Assembly (NCBI GenBank): GCA_963840545.1
Contig: CAWIZE010000006.1
Span: 315,682-379,681 of the forward strand
Reading direction: 5' to 3'
DNA: 64,000 nucleotides
DNA from: an uncultured Pseudomonadota bacterium
GTDB taxonomy: Bacteria; Pseudomonadota; Alphaproteobacteria; Acetobacterales; Acetobacteraceae
Both the position numbers and the translations under genes were made by a program. Below are positions 52,222-62,177 of the stretch, piece after piece. The notes beneath the pieces were generated by a model. That model did no database searches, was not told the origin of the DNA, and saw nothing but the letters and a program-made list of their open reading frames with translations. Numbering within the stretch: the stretch's first letter is position 1; each line of letters begins with the position of its first letter.

Positions 52222-53151
52222 ATGGCCTCGACCACTTCCCCCCGCAATCTTGACGCCAACCTGTCGCGGTATCTCCGCGAGGTCCGGAAGTTTTCTCTGC
52301 TCTCGGCCGAGGAAGAGGTCGCGCTTGCCCGCCGATGGCGCGACCAGCGCGACATCGAGGCGGTGAATTGCCTCGTCACCGCGCATCTCGGGCTCGTGGT
52401 GAAGATCGCCCGGGGCTATCGCGGCTACGGGCTGCCGCTCGCCGAGTTGATCAGCGAGGGCAACATCGGCATGATGCAGGCGGCGATGCGCTTCGACGCG
52501 GAGCGCGGATTCCGGCTCGCGACCTACGCCATGTGGTGGATCCGCGCCGCGGTCCAGGAACACGTCCTGCGCTGCTCATCGCTGGTGAGGGTCGGGAGCG
52601 CGGCGGCGCAGAAAAGACTGTTCTTCAACCTGCGCCGGCTTAAAGTGCGGATGGACGTGTTCGGTGACGGCGATCTCGCGCCCGAGCAGGTGAGCAAGAT
52701 CGCGCAGGTGCTGGATGTGGGAGAGCAGGACGTGATCCGCATGAACCGCCGCCTGGCCGGACCCGATCGGAGCCTGAACGCGCCGGCGCGTACGGAGGGC
52801 GAGGAGGAATGGCAGGACTGGCTGGTGGACGAGACAGAGAGCCAGGAAACGGCAATGGCCGAGCGCGAGGAGATGGACGGGCGCAAGGTCCTGCTCGCCG
52901 GCGCTCTGAAGACGCTCAAGGAGCGCGAGCGCGCTATCCTCTTCGCGCGACGGCTCAAGGATAAGCCGGCAACGCTCGAGGAGCTTTCGCAACGCTACCG
53001 CATCTCGCGCGAGCGCGTCCGCCAGATCGAGGTGCAGGCCTTCGGTAGGCTGCGGAAGGCGATGAAGGCGATGAAGGCGGAGATCGCGAATCGCGATGGC
53101 GGCGCGCGCCTCCGGGCTTCGGCCGGGTGTCCGGCGAGCGTGCGGGCGTGA
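52222..53151 (+). CDS. rpoH: RNA polymerase sigma-32 (heat-shock sigma factor)
   Basis: RpoH box QKRLFFNLRRLK. Region 2 is LISEGNIGMMQAAMRFD. Region 4 is LSQRYRISRERVRQIE. RBS AGGAAAGGAA lies before ATG 52222. Confidence 0.93.
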   Translation: MASTTSPRNLDANLSRYLREVRKFSLLSAEEEVALARRWRDQRDIEAVNCLVTAHLGLVVKIARGYRGYGLPLAELISEGNIGMMQAAMRFDAERGFRLATYAMWWIRAAVQEHVLRCSSLVRVGSAAAQKRLFFNLRRLKVRMDVFGDGDLAPEQVSKIAQVLDVGEQDVIRMNRRLAGPDRSLNAPARTEGEEEWQDWLVDETESQETAMAEREEMDGRKVLLAGALKTLKERERAILFARRLKDKPATLEELSQRYRISRERVRQIEVQAFGRLRKAMKAMKAEIANRDGGARLRASAGCPASVRA

Positions 53152-53188
53152 CCAGGGTGGCTTGGCAGGGCGACTTGAAGGAGGCGTG

Positions 53189-53977
53189 ATGCTCGTCGGC
53201 GGCTTGGCGCAAGCCGGACCATCCATTCTGGCGGCATTTCTCGCGTCGCTGGTCGAAGGTGTCGAGGCGCTGACGGTCGTGCTCGCGGTGGCGAGCGTGC
53301 GCGGTTGGCGCGGTGCGCTGAGCGGCAGCTTCGCGGCGCTGGCGGCGCTGGCAGCGGTCGTCGCCGTCCTCGGCCGGGCGCTCGCCCTGATCCCGCTCGA
53401 TCTCATCCAGGCCGTCGTCGGTGCCTTGCTCCTGCTGTTCGGCTTGCGCTGGCTGCGCAAGGCGATCCTGCGCGCGGCGGAGGTCATCCCCCTGCACGCC
53501 GAGGACGCGGTCTTCGCGCGGAACACGGACATGCTGCGCCGGTCGGGGGGCGGCGGCAGTGGCGGCCATCCCTGGGGGGACGGGCTCGGCTTCGCCACCA
53601 GCTTCCAGGCGACCATGCTCGAGGGCGTCGAGGTCGTGTTCATCGTCATCGCCATCGGCGCCGGGAGGAATGGCCTGCTGCTGCCGGCGAGCCTGGGGGC
53701 GGCCGGCGCGCTCCTCGTCGTTATCCTCCTCGGGGTCGTGATCCGTCGACCGCTCTCCGCCGTGCCCGAGAACACGCTCAAGTTCGTGGTCGGCTGCCTG
53801 CTGTCAGCGTTCGGCACGTTCTGGGTCGGTGAAGGGATCGGCGTGCGCTGGCCGGACGGTGATTGGGCGATGGGCGGCCTGATCTTGGGTTTCCTGGCGG
53901 TCGCATCGAGTGCGGTGCGGTTTTGCCGCAGGCGGGCGCGATCCTCCGCGCGCGTGAGCGGGAGCCTGTCGCCATGA
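53189..53977 (+). CDS. membrane protein with duplicated EGVE motif (COG4280-like)
   Basis: About 6 TM segments. LVEGVEALTVVLAV and MLEGVEVVFIVIAI are repeats. RBS GAAGGAGG lies before ATG 53189. Confidence 0.55.
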   Translation: MLVGGLAQAGPSILAAFLASLVEGVEALTVVLAVASVRGWRGALSGSFAALAALAAVVAVLGRALALIPLDLIQAVVGALLLLFGLRWLRKAILRAAEVIPLHAEDAVFARNTDMLRRSGGGGSGGHPWGDGLGFATSFQATMLEGVEVVFIVIAIGAGRNGLLLPASLGAAGALLVVILLGVVIRRPLSAVPENTLKFVVGCLLSAFGTFWVGEGIGVRWPDGDWAMGGLILGFLAVASSAVRFCRRRARSSARVSGSLSP

Positions 53978-54192
53978 AGGGGCTCGGCCGCATCGTTTCG
54001 GAGATGGTTGGATTGTTCGTGGATGACGGCCGCTTCGCACTGGCGATCCTTGCCTGGATCGGCGTCGTATGGAAACTGCTGCCGCGGCTCGGCCTCGCTC
54101 CGGAGGGGGATGGGGTGGCGCTGTTTGCAGGCCTTGCGGCAATCCTGCTCGAGGGCGCCTGGCGGCGTGCCCGGGGGCGGCGCCGAGGCTAG
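53974..54192 (+). CDS. small membrane protein (72 aa)
   Basis: ATGA overlap with the upstream gene. Two hydrophobic helices. Confidence 0.45.
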   Translation: MKGLGRIVSEMVGLFVDDGRFALAILAWIGVVWKLLPRLGLAPEGDGVALFAGLAAILLEGAWRRARGRRRG

Positions 54193-54226
54193 GCCTGCAC
54201 GAGCGGCGCGGAGGTGACGGGCAACG

Positions 54227-55132
54227 ATGAACTGGAGCTCTTTCGACCTCAATCTCCTGGTGGTGTTCGACGCGGTCGTCGAGGAAAGGAACCTGACCCG
54301 GGCCGGGCGGCGGCTCGGAATGAGCCAGCCCGCCGTGAGCCACGCGCTGGCGCGCCTGCGCCACATGCTCAAGGACGAGCTCTTCGTGCGCACGCCCGAC
54401 GGCATGCACCCGACGCCGCGGGCGGAGCGGATGGTCGAGCCGGTGCGCACCGCGCTCAGGGACCTGCAGGTGACGCTGGAGGCCGACGAGTTCGAGGCCG
54501 CGGAGGCCGAGCGGAGCTTCACGATCGCCGCGAACAACCACGCCGCGCGCGCGGTGGTCCCGGCGCTCGTCCGGCGGGTGGCGAGGCTCGCGCCTTCGGT
54601 GGTCCTCGACGTGCGCCCGATCGGCCTGATCGATGTGCTCGACCAGCTCGACAACGGCGAGGTTGAGCTCGCGCTCAGCACGCTGACCGAGGGCGGCGAC
54701 CGCTTCAAGTGCGTGGGCCTCCTCGAGGACGATTACGTGGCGCTCTTCTGGAACGATCATCCGGTGGTCGCCGCCGAGCCTGAGCTTTCGCTCGAACGGT
54801 TCGCCGGCCTGCCGCATATCTTCGTCACCTCGAGCGGCGACGATACGCGCTTCATCGACGAGGCACTGGCACAGCATGGCCTTGCGCGCCTGGTCTCGGC
54901 CAAGATGCCGCTCCATTCCCTGATATCGGTGCTGGTCGGCTCGACCGCTCTCGCCGTGGTGCCGCGGCGGGTCGCGACAGATCTTATCGCGGTCTGCCCG
55001 CTGATCATGCGGGCGCTGCCGTTTCCGTCCGTGCGCGTCGCGCTTTCGATGATCTGGCACCGCCGGCTCGATAATCATTCTGCCCACCGTTGGCTGCGCG
55101 GCACGGTCAGGGCGACCGTCATGGGGACATAG
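54227..55132 (+). CDS. LysR-family transcriptional regulator
   Basis: FDLNLLVVFDAVVEERNLTRAGRRLGMSQPAVSHALARLR forms the wHTH. Confidence 0.88.
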   Translation: MNWSSFDLNLLVVFDAVVEERNLTRAGRRLGMSQPAVSHALARLRHMLKDELFVRTPDGMHPTPRAERMVEPVRTALRDLQVTLEADEFEAAEAERSFTIAANNHAARAVVPALVRRVARLAPSVVLDVRPIGLIDVLDQLDNGEVELALSTLTEGGDRFKCVGLLEDDYVALFWNDHPVVAAEPELSLERFAGLPHIFVTSSGDDTRFIDEALAQHGLARLVSAKMPLHSLISVLVGSTALAVVPRRVATDLIAVCPLIMRALPFPSVRVALSMIWHRRLDNHSAHRWLRGTVRATVMGT

Positions 55133-55159
55133 CGGGGCCGGTACAAGAGGCGCCGGCCG

Positions 55160-56287
55160 TCACTTGCGCATGCGATAGGAGCGCGCGCCGAGCTTCGCCA
55201 CGGTGCCGCGGTCAAGGACGAGGTAGTCGGTGCGTATCGGCACGCCGTCGAACCAGCATTCCAGGATCTCGCGGGTTCCGGCAGCAGAGCGCGCCTGCGC
55301 GGAGAGCGTGGCGCCCGCGAGCGGCGTCGGGCTCGTGGCGGGCGAGAGAGCCCCAGAGGCATCCGCGGCATAGCCGGCGAGCTGCTCCGTTTCCAACGCG
55401 CGCGCAACGGCATTGCGGTCGCAGATCGGGTCGCGGGCGGTGTTGACGAGATAGGCTCCGCGCTTCATCCGGCCGATCATCGGCGCATCGAACAGTCCCG
55501 CCGTTCCGCCGTGCAGCGGGCAATGGATCGTCACCACGTCGCAGATCGGCACCATGTCCGCGACACTCGGGTGATAGGTGAGGCAGAGCTCGCTTTCGAC
55601 TGCCAGCGGCAGCCGGCGCGGATCGGTGTAGTGCAGCCGCACGTCGAACGGCCGCAGGCGCCGCAGAACCGCAAAGCCGGCGCGGCCGGCGCCAACGCTG
55701 CCCACCTGCATCCCCTCCACGTCGTAGGCGCGCCGGACCTGCCCGGCGATGGTCTGCTCACGCAGAGCTCCCGGCGGGCGCGAAGGAGGGGCGTCATGGA
55801 CGAGGGAAAGAATCAGCATCACCGCATACTCGGCGGCACTGACGCTCGCCGACTGGGTGACTTCCGCGACCGTGAGATCATGCTCCGCGGCGGCCTCGAG
55901 ATCGACGTGGTCCGAGCCCACGCCAGCGGTGATCACCAGCTTGAGCCTGCGCGCCAGGGCGATGCGCGCCGCCGTCAGGCGCGCCGGCGAGCTCGGCTGG
56001 GAGATGACGATGTCCGCTTCGGGCAATGCACGCTCGAACACAGAGCCCGGCCCGTTCTCGTCCGACGTTGCGACGAGCCTGTGGCCGCGCGCAGCGAGGA
56101 AGCTCCGAAGCCCAAGCGCGCCCGAGAGGTCGCCGAGGAGCTGGCCCGGCCGGAAAGCGATTCCCGCCGGCGAGGGCAAAGTCTGCCCGTCCGGATAGAG
56201 CCCGGTATCGGGAACACCGTCCCGCTTGTAGGCGAGGGGACGGTCCCCCGTCGGATCGTCGTAGAGGACACAAAGAATGTTTGCCAC
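55160..56287 (-). CDS. NAD-dependent formate dehydrogenase-like protein (D-2-hydroxyacid dehydrogenase superfamily) with altered active-site positions
   Basis: It aligns end to end with Pseudomonas sp. 101 FDH as I recall it: ILCVLYDDP, GQTLP.P, TAGVGSDHVDL, GAGRAG, HYTD, NTAR, AAGTREILECWF. The PF, N146 and H332 contexts are replaced. Confidence 0.75.
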   Translation of the reverse strand: MANILCVLYDDPTGDRPLAYKRDGVPDTGLYPDGQTLPSPAGIAFRPGQLLGDLSGALGLRSFLAARGHRLVATSDENGPGSVFERALPEADIVISQPSSPARLTAARIALARRLKLVITAGVGSDHVDLEAAAEHDLTVAEVTQSASVSAAEYAVMLILSLVHDAPPSRPPGALREQTIAGQVRRAYDVEGMQVGSVGAGRAGFAVLRRLRPFDVRLHYTDPRRLPLAVESELCLTYHPSVADMVPICDVVTIHCPLHGGTAGLFDAPMIGRMKRGAYLVNTARDPICDRNAVARALETEQLAGYAADASGALSPATSPTPLAGATLSAQARSAAGTREILECWFDGVPIRTDYLVLDRGTVAKLGARSYRMRK

Positions 56288-56507
56288 GTGGCGGTTTCCT
56301 TCGGCAGCCCTCGGCCGGTCGCGGCTCGCGATGGCGCCGATCCGCGGCGATTGATGCTCCTGGCCAGGGATATACGTGCCCGACCGTCGCTTCGGTCATG
56401 AGAACAGTGCATGTGCCGATGCAGGGAGAGGCAGCACCGCGGGCTCCGCGAGGAGGTCCCGTCACGGCTGGCGAAAAATCGAGATCCGTGGCCCGGAGGC
56501 GGTTGCA

Positions 56508-56891
56508 GAGGAACGCCTCGGGCGCCTGTTCGAGCGCCTCTTCGACCACCTCGGGAAATTCCTCGTGGAGAGCAAGCGTGCCGGCCCCGCAGAGGAGGAG
56601 GAGCGGGTCGGCGATTCGGGCTGCCGCGGCGAGAAAGTCGGCGCGGCTCCGCATCGGGTCGAGCTCGCCGGCGACGAAGCGGATCGCCGCGTGGCGGGCG
56701 CCGGGGGCGCGTGTTACCGTGAGTTTTTCCGCGAGCGGCGCGCCGCCCGGCCACTCCGGATCCGCATCGACGTGGCCACGTGCCATCATACCAACAACGA
56801 GACGAGTGACGTTGCGGCGGTAGAGCAGTGGTCCGAACAGGGGAGGGTCGGCGGCGCGGCCGACCGCCGCCTGTCGGCGCGTGAGGGGCAT
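56508..56891 (-). pseudogene. possible alpha/beta-hydrolase C-terminal fragment (decayed)
   Basis: PLLYRRNVTRLVVGMMARGHV.DP.W, FVAGELDP and LALHEEFPEVV resemble hydrolase C-terminal halves. The ORF has no N-terminal half and runs on into the FDH-like gene. Weak call. Confidence 0.25.
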
Positions 56892-56933
56892 CGGCGAAGC
56901 GTCCCGTGGATGGAACGTCGTGGCCAGGATGCG

Positions 56934-57446
56934 TCAGGAATCGCCCATCTCAAAATTACCGGTCTCAAAATCGCCCGGCTGCGGCGGGGCGATCGGCGTG
57001 AAGAGGGTGCGGTCCGGCTTGAGATCGAGGAGCGGCGTTCCGTCGAGGCAATCGAGCCCGCGCACGAAGATCGTTGCGCCATCGATGCGGATGAGATGGG
57101 CGATCGCGGTGCCGATCGGGTTGGGCCGCACCGGGGAGCGCAGGGAGAACGTTCCGCGCGCCGTGCCGTCATTGGCCGGGCTTTGCCGCAGGAGGTCGCG
57201 GCGCGAGAGGTGCAGCCAGTAGATCACCTCGATGCGCGGATAGCGCGCGAGCCCGTCGAGGGCCGGCGCCCAGGGCGGAAAAATCTCGATGCGGCAGACC
57301 GGGCCGTCGGGCCGGCCCTGGCGCGGTGCGGCCAGACGCGATGTCCAGGGTGTGGCGATGCGGCCGATGAAGACCAGGCCGGCATCGGTGGGGGGCGGCG
57401 GATCGATGGCGACCTCGCCCGGGCGGATCTCGTTCTCGCGAACCAT
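56934..57446 (-). CDS. trmO: tRNA (t6A37-N6)-methyltransferase TrmO/TsaA (YaeB family)
   Basis: [21 protein letters not shown] and [14 protein letters not shown] are YaeB/UPF0066 signatures. Confidence 0.8.
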   Translation of the reverse strand: MVRENEIRPGEVAIDPPPPTDAGLVFIGRIATPWTSRLAAPRQGRPDGPVCRIEIFPPWAPALDGLARYPRIEVIYWLHLSRRDLLRQSPANDGTARGTFSLRSPVRPNPIGTAIAHLIRIDGATIFVRGLDCLDGTPLLDLKPDRTLFTPIAPPQPGDFETGNFEMGDS

Positions 57447-57496
57447 GGCGCATTGTGGCACGCCGCGGCCTGCGGCGGGACCCTGCGCCAGTCCAG

Positions 57497-57997
57497 TCAA
57501 GCCGGACCTTGCGTGGTCGCGCGGCGCGGCGCCCGCACGAACGAGACGAGAAGGGCGGCGAGCGTGCCGATCAGGATCTCCGCGACGCGCTGCATGGGCA
57601 GCGTGAAGGTGGGGCCGCCGGCGGGCGCGAGGACGACGATCGTCAGCGTGATGCAGGAGAGGCGGAGCGTCTGCCAGGCGGCCGTGAGCAGCACCAGCGG
57701 CACCATGCCGACGACATAGAGCGGCAATGCCGGCAGCCCGTGGAGCCGGCCGACGATGGCGAGCGCGCCGACCGCCGCCCCGATCAGCGTGCCGATGAAG
57801 CGGTTGCGGCTCGCCGCCACGGTCCCCGGCAGGTCCGGCTGGGTGACGATGACCACGGTGATGAGCGACCAGTAGCCCTCCGGGAGGCCGAGCAGCCAGG
57901 ACGTGCCGTAGGCGAGCGCGCAGGCGAGCAGGATGCGCGCGGCGTGGCCGAGCTGCGCCGGGCCGAACGGGGGAAGAGTCACACGCATCGGCGCCAT
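57497..57997 (-). CDS. FUSC-family (aromatic/fusaric-acid-exporter-like) small membrane protein
   Basis: [20 protein letters not shown].......[15 protein letters not shown] is the typical FUSC N-terminal domain. Confidence 0.65.
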   Translation of the reverse strand: MAPMRVTLPPFGPAQLGHAARILLACALAYGTSWLLGLPEGYWSLITVVIVTQPDLPGTVAASRNRFIGTLIGAAVGALAIVGRLHGLPALPLYVVGMVPLVLLTAAWQTLRLSCITLTIVVLAPAGGPTFTLPMQRVAEILIGTLAALLVSFVRAPRRATTQGPA

Positions 57998-58136
57998 CCG
58001 TTCCGGAGGCGGCCATCATGGGCAGGGAGGTCCCGGGCTCGCAAGGAACCAGGCCGCGTTGCCAGGCCGCCTTGCCAGGGCGCCGCCCGCCGGCCAGGGT
58101 GCCGCGCCCATCTGCCCCCAACGGAAGAGCGTGCGC

Positions 58137-59042
58137 ATGTCCGGCGTGCCGACCTTTGCCGTTCCGCCAAGCTTTCTCGGTGTTGCCCGCCACGGGCGGG
58201 ACGCTTCGTTCGTGCTCGCCGGCATCCCGCTCGATATCGGCACCACCAACCGCGCCGGCGCGCGCGACGGGCCGGCTGCGATCCGCCGCGCGAGCCGCAT
58301 GCTGGTGGACGGCGCCCATCCGCAATTCGGCATCGAGCCGGCGGCGCTCGATCTCGCCGATATCGGGGATTTTTCATTGGCACTCGGCGATATTCCGGGC
58401 TCCCTCGCGGCGATCGAGGCGCAGGCGGCGGGCCTCCGCCACCTGGTGGCGCTCGGCGGCGAGCACGGGATCACGCTGGGGCTGCTGCGGGCCCTCGCGC
58501 GCCGCATCGGCGAGAAGCTCGCGCTGGTGCAGTTCGATGCCCATGTCGACACCTGGCCCGACAATTTCGGCCAGCGCTTCGCCCACGGCTCGGTCTTCTA
58601 CCACGCGATCGAGGAGGGGCTGGTCGCGCCCACCCGAATGATCCAGCTCGGCATCCGCTCGCCGGTGGAGCGGGAGGTCTGGGACTGGACGGTCGGACAC
58701 GGCGTCACCGTGCTCAGCGCCGCCGACGTGCACGAAGCGGGGCCGGAAAGCGTCGCGGCGCGGATCCGCGCGGCGATCGGCGGCGGCCCCACTTATCTCA
58801 GCTTCGATATCGATGCCCTCGATCCCGCCTTCGCGCCGGGAACCGGCACGCCGGAGATCGGCGGCCTCGCCTCCTGGCAGGCGCAGGCGATCCTGCGCCG
58901 GCTCGGAGGCGTGGCCTTCGTCGGCGCGGACGTGGTCGAGGTCGCGCCTTCCTACGACACCGCCGAGATCACCGCGCTCGCCGCCGCCACCATCGCGTGG
59001 GAGTATCTCGCCCTGGTCGGCTCGGCGGCGGACGGCGGATGA
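58137..59042 (+). CDS. speB: agmatinase (ureohydrolase family)
   Basis: Mn-ligand contexts [23 protein letters not shown] and VEVAP. Confidence 0.88.
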   Translation: MSGVPTFAVPPSFLGVARHGRDASFVLAGIPLDIGTTNRAGARDGPAAIRRASRMLVDGAHPQFGIEPAALDLADIGDFSLALGDIPGSLAAIEAQAAGLRHLVALGGEHGITLGLLRALARRIGEKLALVQFDAHVDTWPDNFGQRFAHGSVFYHAIEEGLVAPTRMIQLGIRSPVEREVWDWTVGHGVTVLSAADVHEAGPESVAARIRAAIGGGPTYLSFDIDALDPAFAPGTGTPEIGGLASWQAQAILRRLGGVAFVGADVVEVAPSYDTAEITALAAATIAWEYLALVGSAADGG

Positions 59043-59409
59043 ATCGCGGCCGGCTGCGGATCGGGTCTGGCATCCCGGACGAATTTGCATATCTTCTTCC
59101 CGCCGGGGTGCGTATAAGCGCGCCCCCGCCTCGTCCTTATGGGCGAGCGGGTTGACGCATCGCACGTGCCGCGAGCCCAGGGCATAAGTCCGGGGCACAG
59201 CAACGACGGGAACGCGTCCTTTTCGGTCGAGCCGGCCAGCCTGGGCCGGGGTCGTGAGGGAGCCGCCTATGTTGGCTGATCGGTTCGCTGCGATGCGAAG
59301 TTCTTGCAGCTTGGTCTGAGTTCGGTCGCCGGGGCGCAATCGCGCCCGGCGATGCCGCTCTCTTCCTGTTCCTTCTCACTCGTCCGGCGCGGCCTCAGCG
59401 CGCCGGCGG

Positions 59410-60675
59410 ATGCCTGCGAGGATTGCCGCGATGAACCTCTCCCGTGTCCGTTCCGCCGTCACCCCGCTTGCCCGCCGCTTCCCCGCTTCGGCCGAGCCCT
59501 TGCCCACCGTCGATGCGCTGATCGCGCGCGAGCGCCCCGAGGAGCCCGTGCACTGCCTCCGCCCGGCCGCCGCGACCGCAGCGGCGCGCGGCTTCGTCGC
59601 CGCGTTCGCCGGCCGGGTGCTCTATGCGGTCAAGTGCAACCCCGAGCCGGCGATGCTGCGCGCGCTCCGTGGCGGCGGACTCTCGCATTTCGATTGCGCA
59701 TCGATCACGGAGATCGCGCTGGTGCGCCAGATGTTCCCGGAAGCGGCGATCCACTTCATGCACCCGGTCAAGGCGCGGGGCGCGATCCGCGCCGCCTGGG
59801 CGCAGCACCTGGTGCGCGACTTCGCGCTCGACAGCATGGGGGAGCTGGCGAAGATCCGCGCCGAGGTCGGCGCGACCGGGACGGAAGATGCGCTCGGGCT
59901 CATCGTGCGGCTGGCGCTGCCGAAGGGCGGGGCCGTGCTGGATCTTTCGGGAAAATTCGGCGCCGCCGCCGAGGAAGCCGTGGCGCTGCTGCGCGCTGCG
60001 CGGCCGCATGCGGCCCGGCTCGGCCTCACCTTTCATGTCGGCTCGCAATGCCTCGATCCGCTGACCTGGCGGGCGGCGCTCGCCGAGGTGGCTTCGGTGG
60101 TCCGCCGGGCGGGCGTGGCGCTCGAGGTGATCGATGTCGGCGGCGGATTTCCGGTGGCGTATCCGGGCATGGAGCCGGTGCCGCTCGGCGCCTACCTCGC
60201 CGAGATCGAGGCGGGCTTCGAGCGTCTCGGCCTGCCGGATGCCGAGCTCTGGGCGGAGCCCGGGCGGGCGCTTGCCGCCGGCGCCGGCTCCGTCGTCGTG
60301 CAGGTCCAGCACCGCCGCGGCGCGGCGCTCTACATCAATGACGGCGTGTTCGGCAGCCTGGCGGACGCCGGCGCGCTCGGCTTCCGCTATCCGGTGCGGC
60401 TGATCCGCCCCGATGGCCCGGCGCCCGCGGCGCAAAGCACCGGCTTTTCCTTCTTCGGCCCGACCTGCGACAGTGCGGACGCGATGCGCGGCCCCTTCGT
60501 CCTGCCCGCGGACACCGCGGAGGGCGATTGGATCGAAATCGGCCAGCTCGGCGCCTATGGTGCCTGCCTGCGCACGGGCTTCAACGGCTTCGATCGCGCG
60601 CGCCTGGTCGCCGTGCGGGACGCCCCGCTCACCGCGGCCGAGGGCTGCGCGTGGCCGGCCTCGCTTGCCGCCTGA
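59410..60675 (+). CDS. type III PLP-dependent ornithine/lysine decarboxylase-like enzyme
   Basis: The PLP-Lys context is VLYAVKCNPEP. Also HVGSQ, DVGGGFP and GPTCDSAD. The start may be ATG 59410 or 59431. Confidence 0.85.
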   Translation: MPARIAAMNLSRVRSAVTPLARRFPASAEPLPTVDALIARERPEEPVHCLRPAAATAAARGFVAAFAGRVLYAVKCNPEPAMLRALRGGGLSHFDCASITEIALVRQMFPEAAIHFMHPVKARGAIRAAWAQHLVRDFALDSMGELAKIRAEVGATGTEDALGLIVRLALPKGGAVLDLSGKFGAAAEEAVALLRAARPHAARLGLTFHVGSQCLDPLTWRAALAEVASVVRRAGVALEVIDVGGGFPVAYPGMEPVPLGAYLAEIEAGFERLGLPDAELWAEPGRALAAGAGSVVVQVQHRRGAALYINDGVFGSLADAGALGFRYPVRLIRPDGPAPAAQSTGFSFFGPTCDSADAMRGPFVLPADTAEGDWIEIGQLGAYGACLRTGFNGFDRARLVAVRDAPLTAAEGCAWPASLAA

Positions 60676-60716
60676 CCCCGCCTGACCGGCCCGCCTGACT
60701 GGAAGGAGTTCTCCCA

Positions 60717-62126
60717 ATGGAAAAAATCCCCTTCGCCGGCCGCCTCGTCATGCTCGGCTGCGGCAGTATCGGCCAGGGCGTCCTGCCGCTGATCCTGAGC
60801 CACATCGACATGCCGCGCGAGCGCATCCGCATCCTCACCGCCGATGAGCGCGGCCACCAGGTGGCCAAGGAATCGGGCGTGGCGATCACGGTCGCGCCGC
60901 TGACCCGCGAGAATTTTCGCGCGCTGCTTGCCCCGATGATCGGGCCGGGTGATTTCCTGCTCAACCTTTCGGTCGATGTCTCGTCGGTCGCGCTGATCGC
61001 GCTCTGCCGCGAGCTCGGCGCGCTTTATCTCGACACCTGCATCGAGCCATGGGCGGGCGGCTACACCGATCCTTCGCTCACCCCCTCGCAGCGCTCGAAC
61101 TATGCGCTGCGCGAGAGCGCGCTGGCACTCGCGGCCGGCGCGTCGGACGGCCCGACCGCGCTGCTCACGCACGGCGCCAATCCCGGCCTCGTCTCGCATT
61201 TCGTCAAGCAGGCCCTGCTGAACATCGCCCGCGACACGGGCCTCGCTATCGAAACGCCGGCCGATCGGGACGGCTGGGCGGCGCTGGCCGAGCGGCTCGG
61301 CGTGAAGGTGATCCACATCGCCGAGCGGGACACGCAATCGGCCGATCTCGCCAAGGAGCCCGGCGAGTTCGTCAATACCTGGTCGATCGACGGCTTCGCC
61401 GGCGAAGGCCGCCAGCCGGCCGAGCTTGGCTGGGGCACCCACGAGCGGAGCTTTCCCGCCGATGGGCGGCGCCACGAATTCGGCTCGGGCGCCGCGATCT
61501 ATCTCCTCCGCCCGGGCGCCGGCACGCGCGTGCGGAGCTGGACGCCGCTCGAGGGGTCGTTCCACGGCTTCCTCGTCACCCATAACGAAGCGATCTCGAT
61601 CGCTGACTATTACACGCGGCGCGAGGCGAACGGCGCCGTGCGCTACCGCCCGACCGTGCATTACGCCTACCACCCCTGCGACGACGCGGTGCTCTCGCTG
61701 CACGAGATGGCCGGCAAGGAGTGGCAGCGGCAGGGCCGGCAGCGGCTGATGATGGACGAGATCGCCCGCGGCATGGACGAGCTCGGCGTGCTGCTGATGG
61801 GCCACGCGCGCAACGCTTATTGGTACGGCTCGCGCCTGACGATCGCGGAGGCGCGGCTCCTGGTGCCGTACAACAATGCGACCAGCCTGCAGGTGACCGC
61901 CGCGGTGCTCGGCGGGATGGTCTGGGTGATCGAGAACCCGCGCGCCGGCATCGTCGAGGCCGATCAGGTCGACCATGCGCGCGTGCTCGCGCTCGCACTC
62001 CCCTATCTCGGCGAGATGGCGGGCGCGTACACCGAGTGGACACCGCTCGCCGGGCGCGGCGTGCTCTTCCCCGAGGAGGTGGACGCGAGCTCGCCCTGGC
62101 AGTTCGGCAATTTTCGGGTGACCTGA
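60717..62126 (+). CDS. hss: homospermidine synthase
   Basis: Near-collinear with bacterial HSS as I recall it: GCGSIGQG, NLSVDVSS, SNYALRE, GANPGLVSHFVKQAL, IHIAERDTQ, VTHNEAISIADY, YAYHPCDDAVLSLHEM, NAYWYGS. Confidence 0.93.
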   Translation: MEKIPFAGRLVMLGCGSIGQGVLPLILSHIDMPRERIRILTADERGHQVAKESGVAITVAPLTRENFRALLAPMIGPGDFLLNLSVDVSSVALIALCRELGALYLDTCIEPWAGGYTDPSLTPSQRSNYALRESALALAAGASDGPTALLTHGANPGLVSHFVKQALLNIARDTGLAIETPADRDGWAALAERLGVKVIHIAERDTQSADLAKEPGEFVNTWSIDGFAGEGRQPAELGWGTHERSFPADGRRHEFGSGAAIYLLRPGAGTRVRSWTPLEGSFHGFLVTHNEAISIADYYTRREANGAVRYRPTVHYAYHPCDDAVLSLHEMAGKEWQRQGRQRLMMDEIARGMDELGVLLMGHARNAYWYGSRLTIAEARLLVPYNNATSLQVTAAVLGGMVWVIENPRAGIVEADQVDHARVLALALPYLGEMAGAYTEWTPLAGRGVLFPEEVDASSPWQFGNFRVT

Positions 62127-62177
62127 GGAAAGCAGGCGCCCAAGCCCCGCCCCAGGTCCCACTAGGATTTTCGCTGG

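Noticed and set aside
52576-54708. 710-aa minus-strand ORF spanning rpoH, the COG4280-like gene and the LysR gene
   Set aside because: It crosses three well-supported plus-strand genes and their intergenic regions, and its composition is low-complexity. The same reasoning rejects 40067..41755, 43229..45169, 31658..33529, 60555..62162, 57455..59155, 61721..63346 and similar ORFs.
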